Source: Acidobacteriota bacterium
GTDB lineage: Bacteria > Acidobacteriota > UBA6911 > JACQSX01
DNA length: 44,131 nucleotides
Reading direction: 5' to 3'
Assembly: GCA_036507075.1 (NCBI GenBank)
Contig: DASXQR010000233.1
Coordinates: 1 to 44,131 of the forward strand
Shown here: piece after piece, positions 1 through 10,262 of the stretch
Position numbering within the stretch: the first letter of the stretch is position 1
Layout of the letters: every line of letters starts with the position of its first letter
The notes under the pieces: generated by a model
What the model was told of the DNA's origin: nothing
The model's database searches: none
The model's input: only the letters and a program-made list of their open reading frames with translations
Made by a program: the position numbers and the translations under genes

Positions 1-183
1 GAAACCAGCGCCGTGGCGCTGGTTTCGGAGCGACGAAGCCAGTGTGTGCGGTACCCCGGTAGGGTTTGTGTCGCAGTGAAGAATCGCGTTCACCACCGGG
101 ACAAGCCCGGTGGCGTCAATTTTTTCACACGTTCTTATGGGCGCGGTACTGATTCTTTCTCACGTTCCAAGCCCGGTGGCGTC
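1..183. repeat. REP-like palindromes
   Basis: Perfect 12-bp stem gaaaccagcgcc-gt-ggcgctggtttc (1-26); ccaccggg-acaag-cccggtgg (93-113); half-copy caagcccggtggcgtc repeated at 168-183. Confidence 0.7.
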
Positions 184-217
184 GGGCGCCGGCGATTCAC
201 ATATTGCAGTTCACTTG

Positions 218-260
218 AACCCGTAACTCGCAACCCGAAAACTCGTAACTCATAACTCGG
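218..260 (+). repeat. Short AAC(C/T)CG 7/8-mer tandem array
   Basis: aacccgt aactcgc aacccga aaactcgt aactcat aactcgg, directly upstream of the ATG at 264; same unit as at 11431-11490, 30738-30815 and 38389-38552. Confidence 0.85.
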
Positions 261-263
261 ACC

Positions 264-1655
264 ATGCGCGCCGTTTCCACCATCAATCAGCAGATTTTCA
301 TATTTGCACTGCTGAGCTTCCTCTGCGTCGGAGGGGCTTTCGCCATTTCGCGAGCCTCATTGCCCACGGCTCTTTTGCTGGCGTTTGTTTTGTTAGCCTC
401 CTCTGTCGCATTCATTAGATCGGAGATTGCCATTTACATGCTGATTGTGGCCATGCTCCTGTCCCCGGAGATGGCTCTCGGGCATGAAGTATCCGCGCGT
501 GCAGGAAAAGGCGTCACGCTGCGAATGGACGACGTGCTGCTGGTGATTGTGGGATTGGCCTGGTTCATAAAAAGCGCCGTGAACAAAGAACTCAACCTTG
601 TGGCGCACACCCGTTTGAACATGCCTGTCTTTCTGTATGCGTTCGCCTGTGTGCTCTCCACGCTGCTCGGTATGCAGGCCGGCAGAGTTGAGCTGGCTGG
701 AGGAGGGCTGTTCGTCATCAAGTACATCGAGTATTTTGTACTCTTCTGGATGGTTGTCAACGGCACGCACGACAGAAACCAGGTCAGACGTTATGTGATG
801 GTGCTTTTTGCGGTTGCGGTGATAGTGGCGGCCATTGCCATTTCGCAGATACCGAACAACCACCGAGTGAGCGCGCCTTTCCAGGGCGAGCACGGAGAGC
901 CCAACACCCTGGGAGGATACCTGGTTTTTATCATCGCTCTTATGCTCGGATTGGTTGTTACTTCGGCCCGGCATCGTTTCATTCTACTGGTTTCGATCGG
1001 TCTTCTTTCGGTTCCCCTGGTCTACACGCTCTCGCGTTCCTCTTACCTGGCGGTTGCTCCGGCTGTTCTTACCGTCTTTCTGATGGCCAGGAAACCCTGG
1101 TATATAGCGGCGGTTCTGATTCTTCTTCTGCTGGTGCTGCTGGCTCCATCACGCTTCCTGCCCCAGGCGGTGATGAATCGGATTGAATTCACCGTGAAGC
1201 AGGAAAGCAAGGAAGGCGTTATATTGCTGGGCCGGCGGGTCGATACATCGACTTCGGCGAGAATCGCGAGCTTCACTTATGCGGTCGGCGCGTTCCAGCA
1301 GAAGCCGGTTTTTGGATGGGGAGTGACCGGCTGGAGATTTATCGATTCGCAGTACTTCAGAACCCTGGTGGAAACCGGATTGTTTGGCTTCAGCATGTTT
1401 CTGTTCCTGATCTACCGGATATGGCGGGAGGGTCTCCATACCTGGGCATTTTTTCGGGACAAAGATGATTTTTGTTACGGACTTTCCTGCGGCTTCGTAG
1501 GCGGCCTGGTAGGGCTGTTGGTTCACGCCATCGGCGCAAACACTTTTATTATCGTGCGCGTAATGGAGCCGTTCTGGCTCCTGTGCGGAATTATCTACAT
1601 CCTTCCACGGCTGGCGGGAACTTCAGAGCCCCACCCGGCCGAATCGAGACGGTGA
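264..1655 (+). CDS. O-antigen ligase/Wzy_C family membrane protein
   Basis: Many hydrophobic TM segments, EPNTLG, TLSRSSY, a periplasmic loop ending in PVFGWG...IDSQYFRTLVETGLFG; polysaccharide context. Confidence 0.8.
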   Translation: MRAVSTINQQIFIFALLSFLCVGGAFAISRASLPTALLLAFVLLASSVAFIRSEIAIYMLIVAMLLSPEMALGHEVSARAGKGVTLRMDDVLLVIVGLAWFIKSAVNKELNLVAHTRLNMPVFLYAFACVLSTLLGMQAGRVELAGGGLFVIKYIEYFVLFWMVVNGTHDRNQVRRYVMVLFAVAVIVAAIAISQIPNNHRVSAPFQGEHGEPNTLGGYLVFIIALMLGLVVTSARHRFILLVSIGLLSVPLVYTLSRSSYLAVAPAVLTVFLMARKPWYIAAVLILLLLVLLAPSRFLPQAVMNRIEFTVKQESKEGVILLGRRVDTSTSARIASFTYAVGAFQQKPVFGWGVTGWRFIDSQYFRTLVETGLFGFSMFLFLIYRIWREGLHTWAFFRDKDDFCYGLSCGFVGGLVGLLVHAIGANTFIIVRVMEPFWLLCGIIYILPRLAGTSEPHPAESRR

Positions 1656-1663
1656 GTTCCTGA

Positions 1664-3529
1664 ATGTGCGGCATTGCCGGATTCACCGGCCGCTGCGACG
1701 CGCAGCTCCTGACGAATCTGCAGCGGGCGCTGCATCACCGCGGACCGGACGAGTCCGGCGTTCTGTGCAGCGATCAAATCGCCTTGTCCAGCAACCGCCT
1801 GGCTATCATCGACCTGGCGACCGGCCGGCAGCCCATTTTCAACGAAGACCGCAGTTGCGCCATTGTATTCAATGGAGAGATCTACAACTATCGCGAGCTG
1901 CGGAAGGATTTGGAGGCGCGCCATCAATTCTCCAGCCACAGCGACACCGAAGTGATACTGCACCTCTATGAAGAGGAGGGTACGGATGCTCCGCGACGCC
2001 TGCGGGGAGACTTTGCCTTTTGTATCTGGGATTCGCGCTCGCGATCGTGCTTTTTGAGCCGCGACCATATCGGCGTCAAGCCTCTCTATTATGCGCTTAC
2101 CCCGGAAAGAGAACTGGTATTCAGTTCGGAGATGAAGGCGCTGTTGGGCCATCCGCGGTTGCGCTGTGAATTGGACCTGGAGGCCGTGCTTGAGTACTTT
2201 TCTTACCTTTACATTTCCGCCCCCAGAACACTTTGCAGAGGTATCTACAAGCTTCGCGCCGGCGAGTCGCTGCTCTGGAAGGAGGGGACGCTCCGAACCT
2301 GGCAGTATTGGCACGTGCCGCACAGAACGGGTGATACCTCCGCCGCGGAATTTCGTGCAGGATCGGCCGAGCTGCTCCGAAATGCCGTAGCCCGGCGTCT
2401 GATTGCAGACGTGCCGGTGGGAGCGTTCCTGAGCGGTGGTTTGGATTCCAGTCTTATCGTGGCGCTTGCCGCGGAGCAGGCCGAAGGACTGAAAACATTT
2501 TCAATCGGATACGGGGAAGCGGATTTTGACGAGCTGCGTTTTGCCCGGCAGGTGAGTCGCATCTTCAGGACCGAGCACCACGAGCTGATTCTGAAGCCTG
2601 ACATAGAATCGCTGATCGAACAGGTAATCGCGGCCATGGACGAACCGATCGCCGACTCGTCTGCCATTCCCACCTTTCTGGTGGCGCGCGAGACGGCGCG
2701 TCACGTCAAGGCCGTAATGTCCGGAGTGGGTGGAGACGAGCTTTTCTCCGGCTATCCGCGCTATCTGGGAGCCAAGCTGAGCGAGCGCATTCCGCGCGTA
2801 TTAGCCGCGCCGGTGGCGCGTGCCGCCGCTGCCTTTCGAAGCGAACCGACCGGACGCGATCTGAGCGGCTGGATAAATAGATTCGGCAAAGGCCTGCTCC
2901 TTGATCCGCAGCGACGCTATGCCCTCTGGACTTCCTTTCTGGAGCAGGAGAATCGTGACGTCGTGTCGGCGCCGCCGCCCGAGCCGCTTTATTTCCAGAC
3001 TGAGCTCTCCGGGCTGTTTGAGCAGTCCCGGGATGCTTATATTGACGCCATTTTGCGCGTGGACCTGAATCGATATCTGCCCTCCGACCTTTTGAAGTTT
3101 GGAGACAACATGACAATGGCGAACTCTCTGGAACTTCGAGTTCCCTTCTGCGATGTCGACCTGGTGGAGCATGTCGCCAGGACCCCTGCGCGCGTTCGTT
3201 TTCCGGGCTGGACTTTGAAGCCGGTACTGAAATCGATAGCCGAATCGCACCTGCCCAGGGATTTGATTTATCGCAAGAAGCAGGGCTTCATGGTTCCCAT
3301 CGGGAAGTGGTTCCGATGCGAATTGAAGAGTTATCTAGACTCAGCCCTTCGTGCCGAAAAATTACCTTCGTTTCTGGCTCCGGCTGTCGTGTCCAGAATC
3401 GTCCAGGAGCATGTTTGTGCGCGCAGAAACCATACGCACCTTCTGTGGGCTTTGATTGTGCTGACCCGCTGGCTCGAGTTGAATCCTGTGGAGCACACAG
3501 TCGAGGCCGGAAGCCAGGGTGTGACGTGA
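1664..3529 (+). CDS. asnB: Asparagine synthase (glutamine-hydrolysing) family amidotransferase
   Basis: MCGIAG N-terminus, HRGPD, RLAIID, FNGEIYNY, SDTEV, FLSGGLDSS, SGVGGDELFSGY, SLELRVPF, KKQGF; probably amidates a polysaccharide sugar. Confidence 0.92.
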   Translation: MCGIAGFTGRCDAQLLTNLQRALHHRGPDESGVLCSDQIALSSNRLAIIDLATGRQPIFNEDRSCAIVFNGEIYNYRELRKDLEARHQFSSHSDTEVILHLYEEEGTDAPRRLRGDFAFCIWDSRSRSCFLSRDHIGVKPLYYALTPERELVFSSEMKALLGHPRLRCELDLEAVLEYFSYLYISAPRTLCRGIYKLRAGESLLWKEGTLRTWQYWHVPHRTGDTSAAEFRAGSAELLRNAVARRLIADVPVGAFLSGGLDSSLIVALAAEQAEGLKTFSIGYGEADFDELRFARQVSRIFRTEHHELILKPDIESLIEQVIAAMDEPIADSSAIPTFLVARETARHVKAVMSGVGGDELFSGYPRYLGAKLSERIPRVLAAPVARAAAAFRSEPTGRDLSGWINRFGKGLLLDPQRRYALWTSFLEQENRDVVSAPPPEPLYFQTELSGLFEQSRDAYIDAILRVDLNRYLPSDLLKFGDNMTMANSLELRVPFCDVDLVEHVARTPARVRFPGWTLKPVLKSIAESHLPRDLIYRKKQGFMVPIGKWFRCELKSYLDSALRAEKLPSFLAPAVVSRIVQEHVCARRNHTHLLWALIVLTRWLELNPVEHTVEAGSQGVT

Positions 3530-4623
3530 TACCGCTGCTGGATCTGAAAGCCCAATACCGGGGAATCAAGGACGAAATCGAGGCAGCGGTGCTGGAAGTG
3601 TTGCGGGGGACTCACTATGTCCTGGGCGAAGCGGTTGCCGACTTTGAGCAGGAATTTGCGCGCTTTTGCGGAACCGGGCATGCCGTAGCCGTGAATTCCG
3701 GTACCAGTGCCTTGCATCTGTCGCTGGCAGCGATTGGAATAGGCCCCGGCGACGAGGTGATCACAGTGCCTTTTACTTTTGTGGCGACTGTGGCGACGAT
3801 TTGCTATACGGGAGCGCGCCCCGTCCTGGTGGATATCGACCCGAGGTCGTACACCATAGACCCCGGGCAGATTGAAAAGGCGATTACGAAAAAAACGCGG
3901 GCCATCATTCCGGTGCACTTGTTTGGGCATCCGGCCGAGATGGATCCGATTTTGGAGATTGCGAGGGCTCGCAATCTGCACGTGATTGAAGACGCGGCGC
4001 AGGCTCACGGCGCGGAATACAAAGGCCGCCGGGTCGGAAGTCTGGCGGAACTCGGTTGTTTCAGTTTCTACCCCTCAAAGATTCTTGGCGCATGCGGCGA
4101 AGGGGGTTTGGTGACGACGTCAAACGCAGAGCTGGCGCGCAAGATTCGCATGCTGCGCAACTGGGGCCAGGAAGGGAAGTACGATCACGTGCTGCAGGGG
4201 TTCAACTATCGCATGGATGGAATCCAGGGTGCAGCGTTGGGTGTTAAACTGCGCCATCTTCATAAATGGATAGAGGGCCGTCGCAGCCGTGCTGCACTCT
4301 ACCATAAACTGCTTGATGGATTCGACGTGCAGCGTCCTTGGGAGGCGCCTCACTGTCGCCATATTTATTCCCTCTACACCATCTGTTCAGATCGGCGTGA
4401 AGCGATTCGCAACGGCCTGGAGGAGGCTGGAGTAGAAACGGCGATTCATTACCCGATCCCGGTGCATTTGCAAAAGGCATACGCCGCCTTGGGGTACGGC
4501 CCCGGAGCGTTTCCGGTCTCGGAAAAAATCGCCAGTGAAATTCTCTCGCTGCCGATATACCCTGAACTAATCGACGCGCAAGTTGAGAAAATCTGTTCAA
4601 GCATCGGCGAGGCGCTTCAGTAA
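3526..4623 (+). CDS. DegT/DnrJ/EryC1/StrS family PLP-dependent sugar aminotransferase
   Basis: IPLLDLKAQY, NSGTSALH, PVHLFG, IEDAAQAHG, SFYPSKILGACGEGG; start moved to GTG 3526, overlapping the asnB stop (GTGA). Confidence 0.92.
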   Translation: MIPLLDLKAQYRGIKDEIEAAVLEVLRGTHYVLGEAVADFEQEFARFCGTGHAVAVNSGTSALHLSLAAIGIGPGDEVITVPFTFVATVATICYTGARPVLVDIDPRSYTIDPGQIEKAITKKTRAIIPVHLFGHPAEMDPILEIARARNLHVIEDAAQAHGAEYKGRRVGSLAELGCFSFYPSKILGACGEGGLVTTSNAELARKIRMLRNWGQEGKYDHVLQGFNYRMDGIQGAALGVKLRHLHKWIEGRRSRAALYHKLLDGFDVQRPWEAPHCRHIYSLYTICSDRREAIRNGLEEAGVETAIHYPIPVHLQKAYAALGYGPGAFPVSEKIASEILSLPIYPELIDAQVEKICSSIGEALQ

Positions 4624-4649
4624 TACCCCCGGTTCGGACGACGCTACCT

Positions 4650-4790
4650 AGAGGCGCGACATGTCGCGTCTCCGGAGTTTCTACATTTTTGGGAGTGGAG
4701 AGACGGCCTGAGGGCCGTCTCAGGCGAACCAAGGCTTCGCTAGACGCGATGTATCGCGCCTCTCGGCGTTCTCGGCGGCTCTGCGGTGAA
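4650..4790. repeat. REP cluster plus a 9-mer repeat half-site
   Basis: agaggcgcgacatgtcgcgtct (4650-4671) and inverted copy agacgcgatgtatcgcgcctct (4742-4763) bracket GTGG-led REP gtggagagacggcc-tgag-ggccgtctc (4695-4721); 4762-4790 matches the 23237-23337 element. Confidence 0.8.
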
Positions 4791-4872
4791 CATAAGGTAG
4801 CCGTCTCCATTCTGTTCCGATGTGGGCAACACGCCCTTCTTCTTGTAATCCTGAAGCTAATTCGGACAGGCG

Positions 4873-4949
4873 TGACCTGCACGTGCACGTGGCCGTCCTC
4901 GGCTTTTTCTTCGGCTGCGGCCTAAGACCGCATCAGGGTTTTGTGGTGA
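4873..4949 (-). mobile_element. Truncated copy of the GTnnAC-hexamer element (family C)
   Basis: tgcacgtgcacgtggccgtcctcggctttttcttcggctgcggcc matches the terminus of the copies at 14337, 15945, 25753 and 41010. Confidence 0.8.
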
Positions 4950-4964
4950 AAATACATTCAGGTT

Positions 4965-6131
4965 CTAGGTAAAAGAATGCTCCTCGATCTTCAACGCGAT
5001 CTGTTCCCAGGAAAATTCGGCGCGGGCCTTTTGTGAATCCAATGCTGCCAGTTGGGTGTAATGGCCGATTCTTTCAAGCATCAGGTGGATTGTGTTTGCC
5101 AGTGCCTGGGGATTTCCCGCCTGAAACGACAGCAGTGAAGGGAACTGCCTGATGAGATTCTGCACCGGTGGAATATCTGAAATCACCGTGGGCCGGGCGC
5201 AGAAGAGATAATCGATCACCTTCAGCGGGGAAACCTCGCCTCTGTCCGGATCAAATGGCGCAAGACAGAAATCGGCTGCCCCAAGCATCACCGGCACCTG
5301 ATGGTATTCAATCTGTCCTGTGAAGCGGACCTTCGTCAAGCCCAGCGCGGCTGCGCGGGCCTCCCATGCGGCGCGCATCCGGCCCTCGCCTGCCAGCCAT
5401 GTCTCAAGCGAGTACAGCCTTGGATCTGCCAATGCTTCCAGCAGAGTATCGATCCCCTGATAAGCGAAAAAAGTGCCCGTGAAAACCGCCAGCCGGACAT
5501 TCTCAGAAATGCCGAGCTCGCGTCTGCATTCTGCCCGCGCGTGAGGATAAAAAATGCTCGAGTTGCTGCCGCTGGGAGCTACAAAAGTCTGTCCGGTGTC
5601 GGCGTTGAAGTCGCTGCGGATCTCGGATTTGAGTCCTTCGGTGAGCGCCACAATCCTGTCGGCACGCCGCAGGTTCCAGGATACCACGCGCTTCACCCAT
5701 TTTCCCCGCGGCTTCCGGTCAGTCCTGTAAAACTGAAGAGGGTTGCCATTGAATTCAATTACCAGCCTGGCTCCCAACAGCCAGGCGAGCAAGGGAGGAG
5801 CGAGGGCATTGAAAATGCGTTCATAGATGATGTGAGGGCGCCCGCGCGCGCATCTGTAAAGCATGGCGGGAATCAGCAGCAGGTTGAATGAGATGAGCCG
5901 CAGCAGCGGCTTGTCAATTACAGGCACCCAGACACAATCGATTTCCGTGTGACGGCGGGAATATGAGGGCGCAAAAACCGTAACTTTGTGACGGCGGCCG
6001 AATTGCGCCGCCAGCTCCAGCACTTTTTGAAATCCCCCCATGCCGGCCCGGACGGCGGGATCGTAGAGGTAGGACACCATGAATACTCTGAGCGGGCGCG
6101 TTTTTCTTTTGTTGCTGTTGAAATCATGCAT
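4965..6131 (-). CDS. Glycosyltransferase, GT4 family
   Basis: GMGGFQKV, FTGTFFAYQGID, SPLKVIDY, FSWEQIA; GT-B fold motifs. Confidence 0.85.
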   Translation of the reverse strand: MHDFNSNKRKTRPLRVFMVSYLYDPAVRAGMGGFQKVLELAAQFGRRHKVTVFAPSYSRRHTEIDCVWVPVIDKPLLRLISFNLLLIPAMLYRCARGRPHIIYERIFNALAPPLLAWLLGARLVIEFNGNPLQFYRTDRKPRGKWVKRVVSWNLRRADRIVALTEGLKSEIRSDFNADTGQTFVAPSGSNSSIFYPHARAECRRELGISENVRLAVFTGTFFAYQGIDTLLEALADPRLYSLETWLAGEGRMRAAWEARAAALGLTKVRFTGQIEYHQVPVMLGAADFCLAPFDPDRGEVSPLKVIDYLFCARPTVISDIPPVQNLIRQFPSLLSFQAGNPQALANTIHLMLERIGHYTQLAALDSQKARAEFSWEQIALKIEEHSFT

Positions 6132-7233
6132 CCAGTGCAGCCTTCAACTTTTCGTAACATTGGCGGGTTGTGAAATTCTCACGTACTGTCTGCAGACCGG
6201 CGGTCGCGAGTCTGCTTCTTAATGACGTGTCTTCCACCAATGCGGTTAGCTTCTGCAGCCACTCGTTGCTTTCCGCCAACAGGCCGTTCTCGCCGTCCCG
6301 GATCAGGCTGCGGGTTTGGCCGACCGGCGACGCCACCACACACGCCTCGCCTGCCATATAGACGGTCGCCTTCAGTACTCCGCGCGCCAGCGAATCCTCA
6401 ACGTCAAAAAGCGGAAAAAGCCCGATGTCCATCGCCAAAACTTCCCTGACCATCTGTTCCTGAGAATAGAAAGGAACCGTGGTGAGCTTCACTTTTTCAA
6501 ACCGTGGCAGCAGCCGCCAGTCGTAACCCGCTCCGATCAGTCGAAGTTGGATATTTTCGAAGCGCCGGAATAATCTCTCCAGCGCCTCCCATATAAGAAA
6601 AAGGTTGAACGCGGTTGAGGCGCTCCCAATCCATCCGAGTACAACGCAGGAATCGGATCCGCGCACTCGAGGACGCCACTGATCGAACAACTCGATCTGA
6701 GGCGGATCAGGAACCACAAAACCATCCGTGTTGTAGCCGCGCGCGAACTCCAGCCCGTCGGGATTGTCACAGGTAACAGCGTCTACCATCTTCAACATCT
6801 CGCCGACATTTCCACCCGCGAACCGGCCCATCCAGGGAAGCCACAGCCCATCATTGAGGTCGAAAACGAGCCGGGCGCGGGTCGAGCGCCGCAGCCTTGA
6901 AATCAACCGCGGCGAAAGCACTTTCTGCAGATAGACGGCATCGCAGGAGCGCGCTCTGCTCGCAATTCTCGCTTCTCCCAGCCGCGCCCAACAACGATTG
7001 GCAGCCGCCAGCAGGCGGCCGACTCCCAGATCCAAAATGCGCCTGCTGAGGCGTCCCGGATGAAGGATTGCTTTGGTCAGCGCTGGATTAAGACGGGTCC
7101 GGTATTGGACGTCAAACCCATCCGCGGCAAAGTACTTCCGATAGGAAAGGGCCCGAATGCGCCCGCTCGGCCAGGCGTCTCCAGCCTCAGTCACAATTAG
7201 TATGCGACGCCTGCTCTGCGGGGCGGTGCTCAT
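6124..7233 (-). CDS. Glycosyltransferase, GT4-like
   Basis: SGRIRA, LGWIGS, DIGLFPL, KATVYMAGEACVVASPVG, DGENGLL; start placed at ATG 7233 (alternative 7293). Confidence 0.82.
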   Translation of the reverse strand: MSTAPQSRRRILIVTEAGDAWPSGRIRALSYRKYFAADGFDVQYRTRLNPALTKAILHPGRLSRRILDLGVGRLLAAANRCWARLGEARIASRARSCDAVYLQKVLSPRLISRLRRSTRARLVFDLNDGLWLPWMGRFAGGNVGEMLKMVDAVTCDNPDGLEFARGYNTDGFVVPDPPQIELFDQWRPRVRGSDSCVVLGWIGSASTAFNLFLIWEALERLFRRFENIQLRLIGAGYDWRLLPRFEKVKLTTVPFYSQEQMVREVLAMDIGLFPLFDVEDSLARGVLKATVYMAGEACVVASPVGQTRSLIRDGENGLLAESNEWLQKLTALVEDTSLRSRLATAGLQTVRENFTTRQCYEKLKAALDA

Positions 7234-7300
7234 TTGACAGAGCGGCCGTGCCGCGTTCCGGGTGGTGCCAGAAATCGCTTGAACTTCCGGCAAGGGGGCG

Positions 7301-8257
7301 TCAACCGCGGCATAAAACGCCGCGTGTCTGGCGCGTGTTTCTTATCAGAGATACGGTCTCTCGAATGCCTTCGGCCAGGTCGCCACTGAACCGAAAGCCG
7401 CGCGACTGAAATTTTTCGCAGGAAACGGTATAGGAAAGCTGGTTCATGATGGGGGAATCGACAAACTCGACGCCAATCTCGGGAACCTCCTTGCGAATCA
7501 GGTCAATGATCTGATGGACCGTTGCGTTCACCGTAAGGATGTTATAAACCTCCTGATCGAAAAGACGGGAATCCAGGATGAAATCAATTGCGCGCACCGC
7601 GTCGCCCAAGTCGAGATAGGGCCGTTTCTGGTGCATTGCCGTGGGCCACACGGTGATGGGCTGACCTGTGCAGGCCTGCCATACGAATTTATTGATGGCA
7701 GTATGGAAACGCATTCCCGGCGAGGTGCCGAATATGGTGCCGAAGCGGCAGATGATGAAGTTCAGTGCGCCGCTCTTTCCCAGACCTTGCAGGTGTTGTT
7801 CCGCTCTCAGCTTGGCTTCGGCGTACGGGCTCTGCGGTTTCAATTCATCGATCGAACAGCCTTCATCGACGACGTCGTTTTGCGTTCCATAGACGCTCGT
7901 GGTGGAGACGAAAATCATGGCGCTGCCGCAGTCTGAGCAGGCCTGTGCCACGTGTTGGGTGCCTTCCAGATTGACCCGCTCTACTTCCTCGCGGCGCTCA
8001 AAGCTGCTGGGCGCATCGGTAATGGCCGCCAGGTGCAGGACCACATCCAGCTCTTCGAAGTGCTTGCGCAGATCTGCGGTGCAGATATCACCCTCGACAA
8101 ACCAGAAGGGCACCTTTTCAGGCAGGTCAAACAGCGAGCAGTAGCGTCGTGTGGAAAGGTTGTCCAAGAGCAACACCTTGTCAAAAACGCCCGGCTTAAT
8201 ACTGTGAATAAAACGGGATCCGATGTGGCCCAGCGCGCCGGTGACTCCGATTTTCAT
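7301..8257 (-). CDS. NAD-dependent epimerase/dehydratase (extended SDR)
   Basis: VTGALGHIG, HLAAI, STTSVYG, YAEAK (YxxxK), RFGTIFG. Confidence 0.9.
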   Translation of the reverse strand: MKIGVTGALGHIGSRFIHSIKPGVFDKVLLLDNLSTRRYCSLFDLPEKVPFWFVEGDICTADLRKHFEELDVVLHLAAITDAPSSFERREEVERVNLEGTQHVAQACSDCGSAMIFVSTTSVYGTQNDVVDEGCSIDELKPQSPYAEAKLRAEQHLQGLGKSGALNFIICRFGTIFGTSPGMRFHTAINKFVWQACTGQPITVWPTAMHQKRPYLDLGDAVRAIDFILDSRLFDQEVYNILTVNATVHQIIDLIRKEVPEIGVEFVDSPIMNQLSYTVSCEKFQSRGFRFSGDLAEGIRETVSLIRNTRQTRGVLCRG

Positions 8258-9234
8258 TTTGAAGGCGTGCTCTCCAATATGGCTTTAGTTTTCAGCAGCC
8301 CCTGTTCGAAGCTGAATCGCGGCCTCCAGCCGGTGATGCCGCGAAGCCGTTCGGAGGAAATTTGCACCCGCTCGATTTCAATCCGGCGGCGCTCTTCCGG
8401 CCAATCGACGTGAGTGACTTTTCCCCTTCCAAACACGGCCACTATTCTCCGTGCAATTTCGCCGACCGTCAAATGCTCATCGTGAACGGCGAAGTAGGTC
8501 TCTCCATAAAGACGCGGATCCTGCGCGGCCTGATGGAGAATGCTTGTGGCGTCATCTACGAACATTACGTTGCGCGTCTGGTCGCCCGATCCGAACAACT
8601 TGATCTCCTGATTGGTCCACGCCAGATGAATGAAGTAGTTCACAAATCCGAATTCGGGATATCCCTTTCCATAGGGACCGTAAAGGTTGGCGAAACGCAG
8701 CACTACGGTTTTCAGATCGTGGACGCGATTGTAGATGCGGTAATACTTCTCAGCCACCCCCTTGTTTGCCGAATAGATGTCCAGAGGCTTTTCGCCGTGA
8801 CTTTCATCGACCAGATCGTCTGTTGCCTTGCCGATCACCGTGCTGCTGGATGTATACACCACAACCGCAGTCCGGTTAAGCAGCCGGATCGCGTCCAGCA
8901 GCTTCAGGTTGCCGAGACAATTGATTTCGGCATCGAGCAGCGGCTGCTGCAAAGAGAGGGGATGCGAAGTCTGGGCTGCGCAGTTGAAGATAATGTCCTG
9001 TCCCTGAACGGCTTCTCCAATTACGGGCTCGTCGTTCATGCTGCCGCGGATAAAGCGTATTTGATTCCACACATCGCGCAGGTTCTCGGTCGAAGCGTGA
9101 AGGCGCGCTTCCAGAGAATCAAGGACGGTCACCTGATTTCCGGCCTGGTTGAGGCAATGGCGAACCAGATTGGAGCCGAGAAAACCGGCGCCTCCGATAA
9201 CCAGAATCTTACTGGAGTTGTTTCCTGCGCGCAT
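8254..9234 (-). CDS. NAD-dependent epimerase/dehydratase (extended SDR)
   Basis: IGGAGFLG, NCAAQTSH, YSANK, LRFANLYGP, FVDD. Confidence 0.9.
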   Translation of the reverse strand: MRAGNNSSKILVIGGAGFLGSNLVRHCLNQAGNQVTVLDSLEARLHASTENLRDVWNQIRFIRGSMNDEPVIGEAVQGQDIIFNCAAQTSHPLSLQQPLLDAEINCLGNLKLLDAIRLLNRTAVVVYTSSSTVIGKATDDLVDESHGEKPLDIYSANKGVAEKYYRIYNRVHDLKTVVLRFANLYGPYGKGYPEFGFVNYFIHLAWTNQEIKLFGSGDQTRNVMFVDDATSILHQAAQDPRLYGETYFAVHDEHLTVGEIARRIVAVFGRGKVTHVDWPEERRRIEIERVQISSERLRGITGWRPRFSFEQGLLKTKAILESTPSK

Positions 9235-10252
9235 ATAAGCAGATTCGGCTGGTTCGGCCCAGCAATGCCAGCGCCTGGCAAACAGGCGTCAAATAGCCGC
9301 CGGCTTTGAGCACGATGCCGTCCAGCAACATTTTTTTCCGGCGGGAGCGGCAAAGCGCGCTCTTCTGAAAGTCATTCAGGCTGTACTGATGATACCGTCC
9401 GGTCAGGACAAAATGTTTTGAAATCAGACGTCTAAGATCGATCTTCCGGAAAAGGGTGAAATGGCGCGGCAGGTCGAGGTTGTACCAGCACTCGCGGTAA
9501 ATTCGAAAATCAAGAGAGTCGACAGTGATAGTTGACAGGATCAGTTGCCCGCCGGGTTTCAATTTTGCGGCCACTGATCGGATAAAGAGTTGCGGATCCG
9601 GCAGGTGCTCCAGAACTGATCCGGCGATTATCACATCGAGGCTGCCGGGAGTAAATCGGTCGATGTTGTGTTCAACGGGACCTGGATATACCTGGAAGCC
9701 GCGCTCGCAGGCGCGACGGGCGGCCTGCAGATTGTATTCAATTCCCGCACATTCACTCCATCCCAATTCCCGCAGCAGCGAAAGCCGCTCCCCTGAGGCA
9801 CAGCCGATTTCCAGCAGTTTGCCGTCGGGAACATAGTCCGGCAGCATTTGAGCTCCGGCACTCCATGCGGCAAACAGCCGCCGCATCGGCCCGGGGGCAG
9901 GCCCGGCGTCCAGGTGGAAATAACCCTTTCTCTTCCTTAGGAGCCAGCGCGCAGTATCACTGATCTGTTTTTCCGGGAGGGAATAGGATTCGTAGTGGTC
10001 CGGATAGTACCGCTCCAGAAGCTCCGGAGCGATGCAGGGGTTTTGAAAAAGAGCCCCACAGCGGCTGCAGCGGCTCACATGAAACCAGCCAGGTACTTGA
10101 AGCAGGCGGTCTCGGCTTGAGATTACGACCTGACTTTCGACACTGGCGCATAAGGGACAGGCCCTGTGGACCAGCGAGGAATCTGGATCAATCGGGTTTT
10201 CCGCGGAATCGGATTCTGCAGCGCGCGCCGGCGGTTGATCAAGCGAAGCCAT
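9209..10252 (-). CDS. Class I SAM-dependent methyltransferase with N-terminal Cys4 zinc ribbon
   Basis: CPLC...CSRC, LLEIGCASG, VLEHLPDP, LKPGG, LPRH; start moved to ATG 10252, just after the upstream stop. Confidence 0.85.
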   Translation of the reverse strand: MASLDQPPARAAESDSAENPIDPDSSLVHRACPLCASVESQVVISSRDRLLQVPGWFHVSRCSRCGALFQNPCIAPELLERYYPDHYESYSLPEKQISDTARWLLRKRKGYFHLDAGPAPGPMRRLFAAWSAGAQMLPDYVPDGKLLEIGCASGERLSLLRELGWSECAGIEYNLQAARRACERGFQVYPGPVEHNIDRFTPGSLDVIIAGSVLEHLPDPQLFIRSVAAKLKPGGQLILSTITVDSLDFRIYRECWYNLDLPRHFTLFRKIDLRRLISKHFVLTGRYHQYSLNDFQKSALCRSRRKKMLLDGIVLKAGGYLTPVCQALALLGRTSRICLYARRKQLQ

Positions 10253-10262
10253 AGAAGCACAC

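Noticed and set aside
3307..3525. N-terminal extension of the first aminotransferase
   Set aside because: It overlaps asnB out of frame; family similarity starts at GTG 3526.
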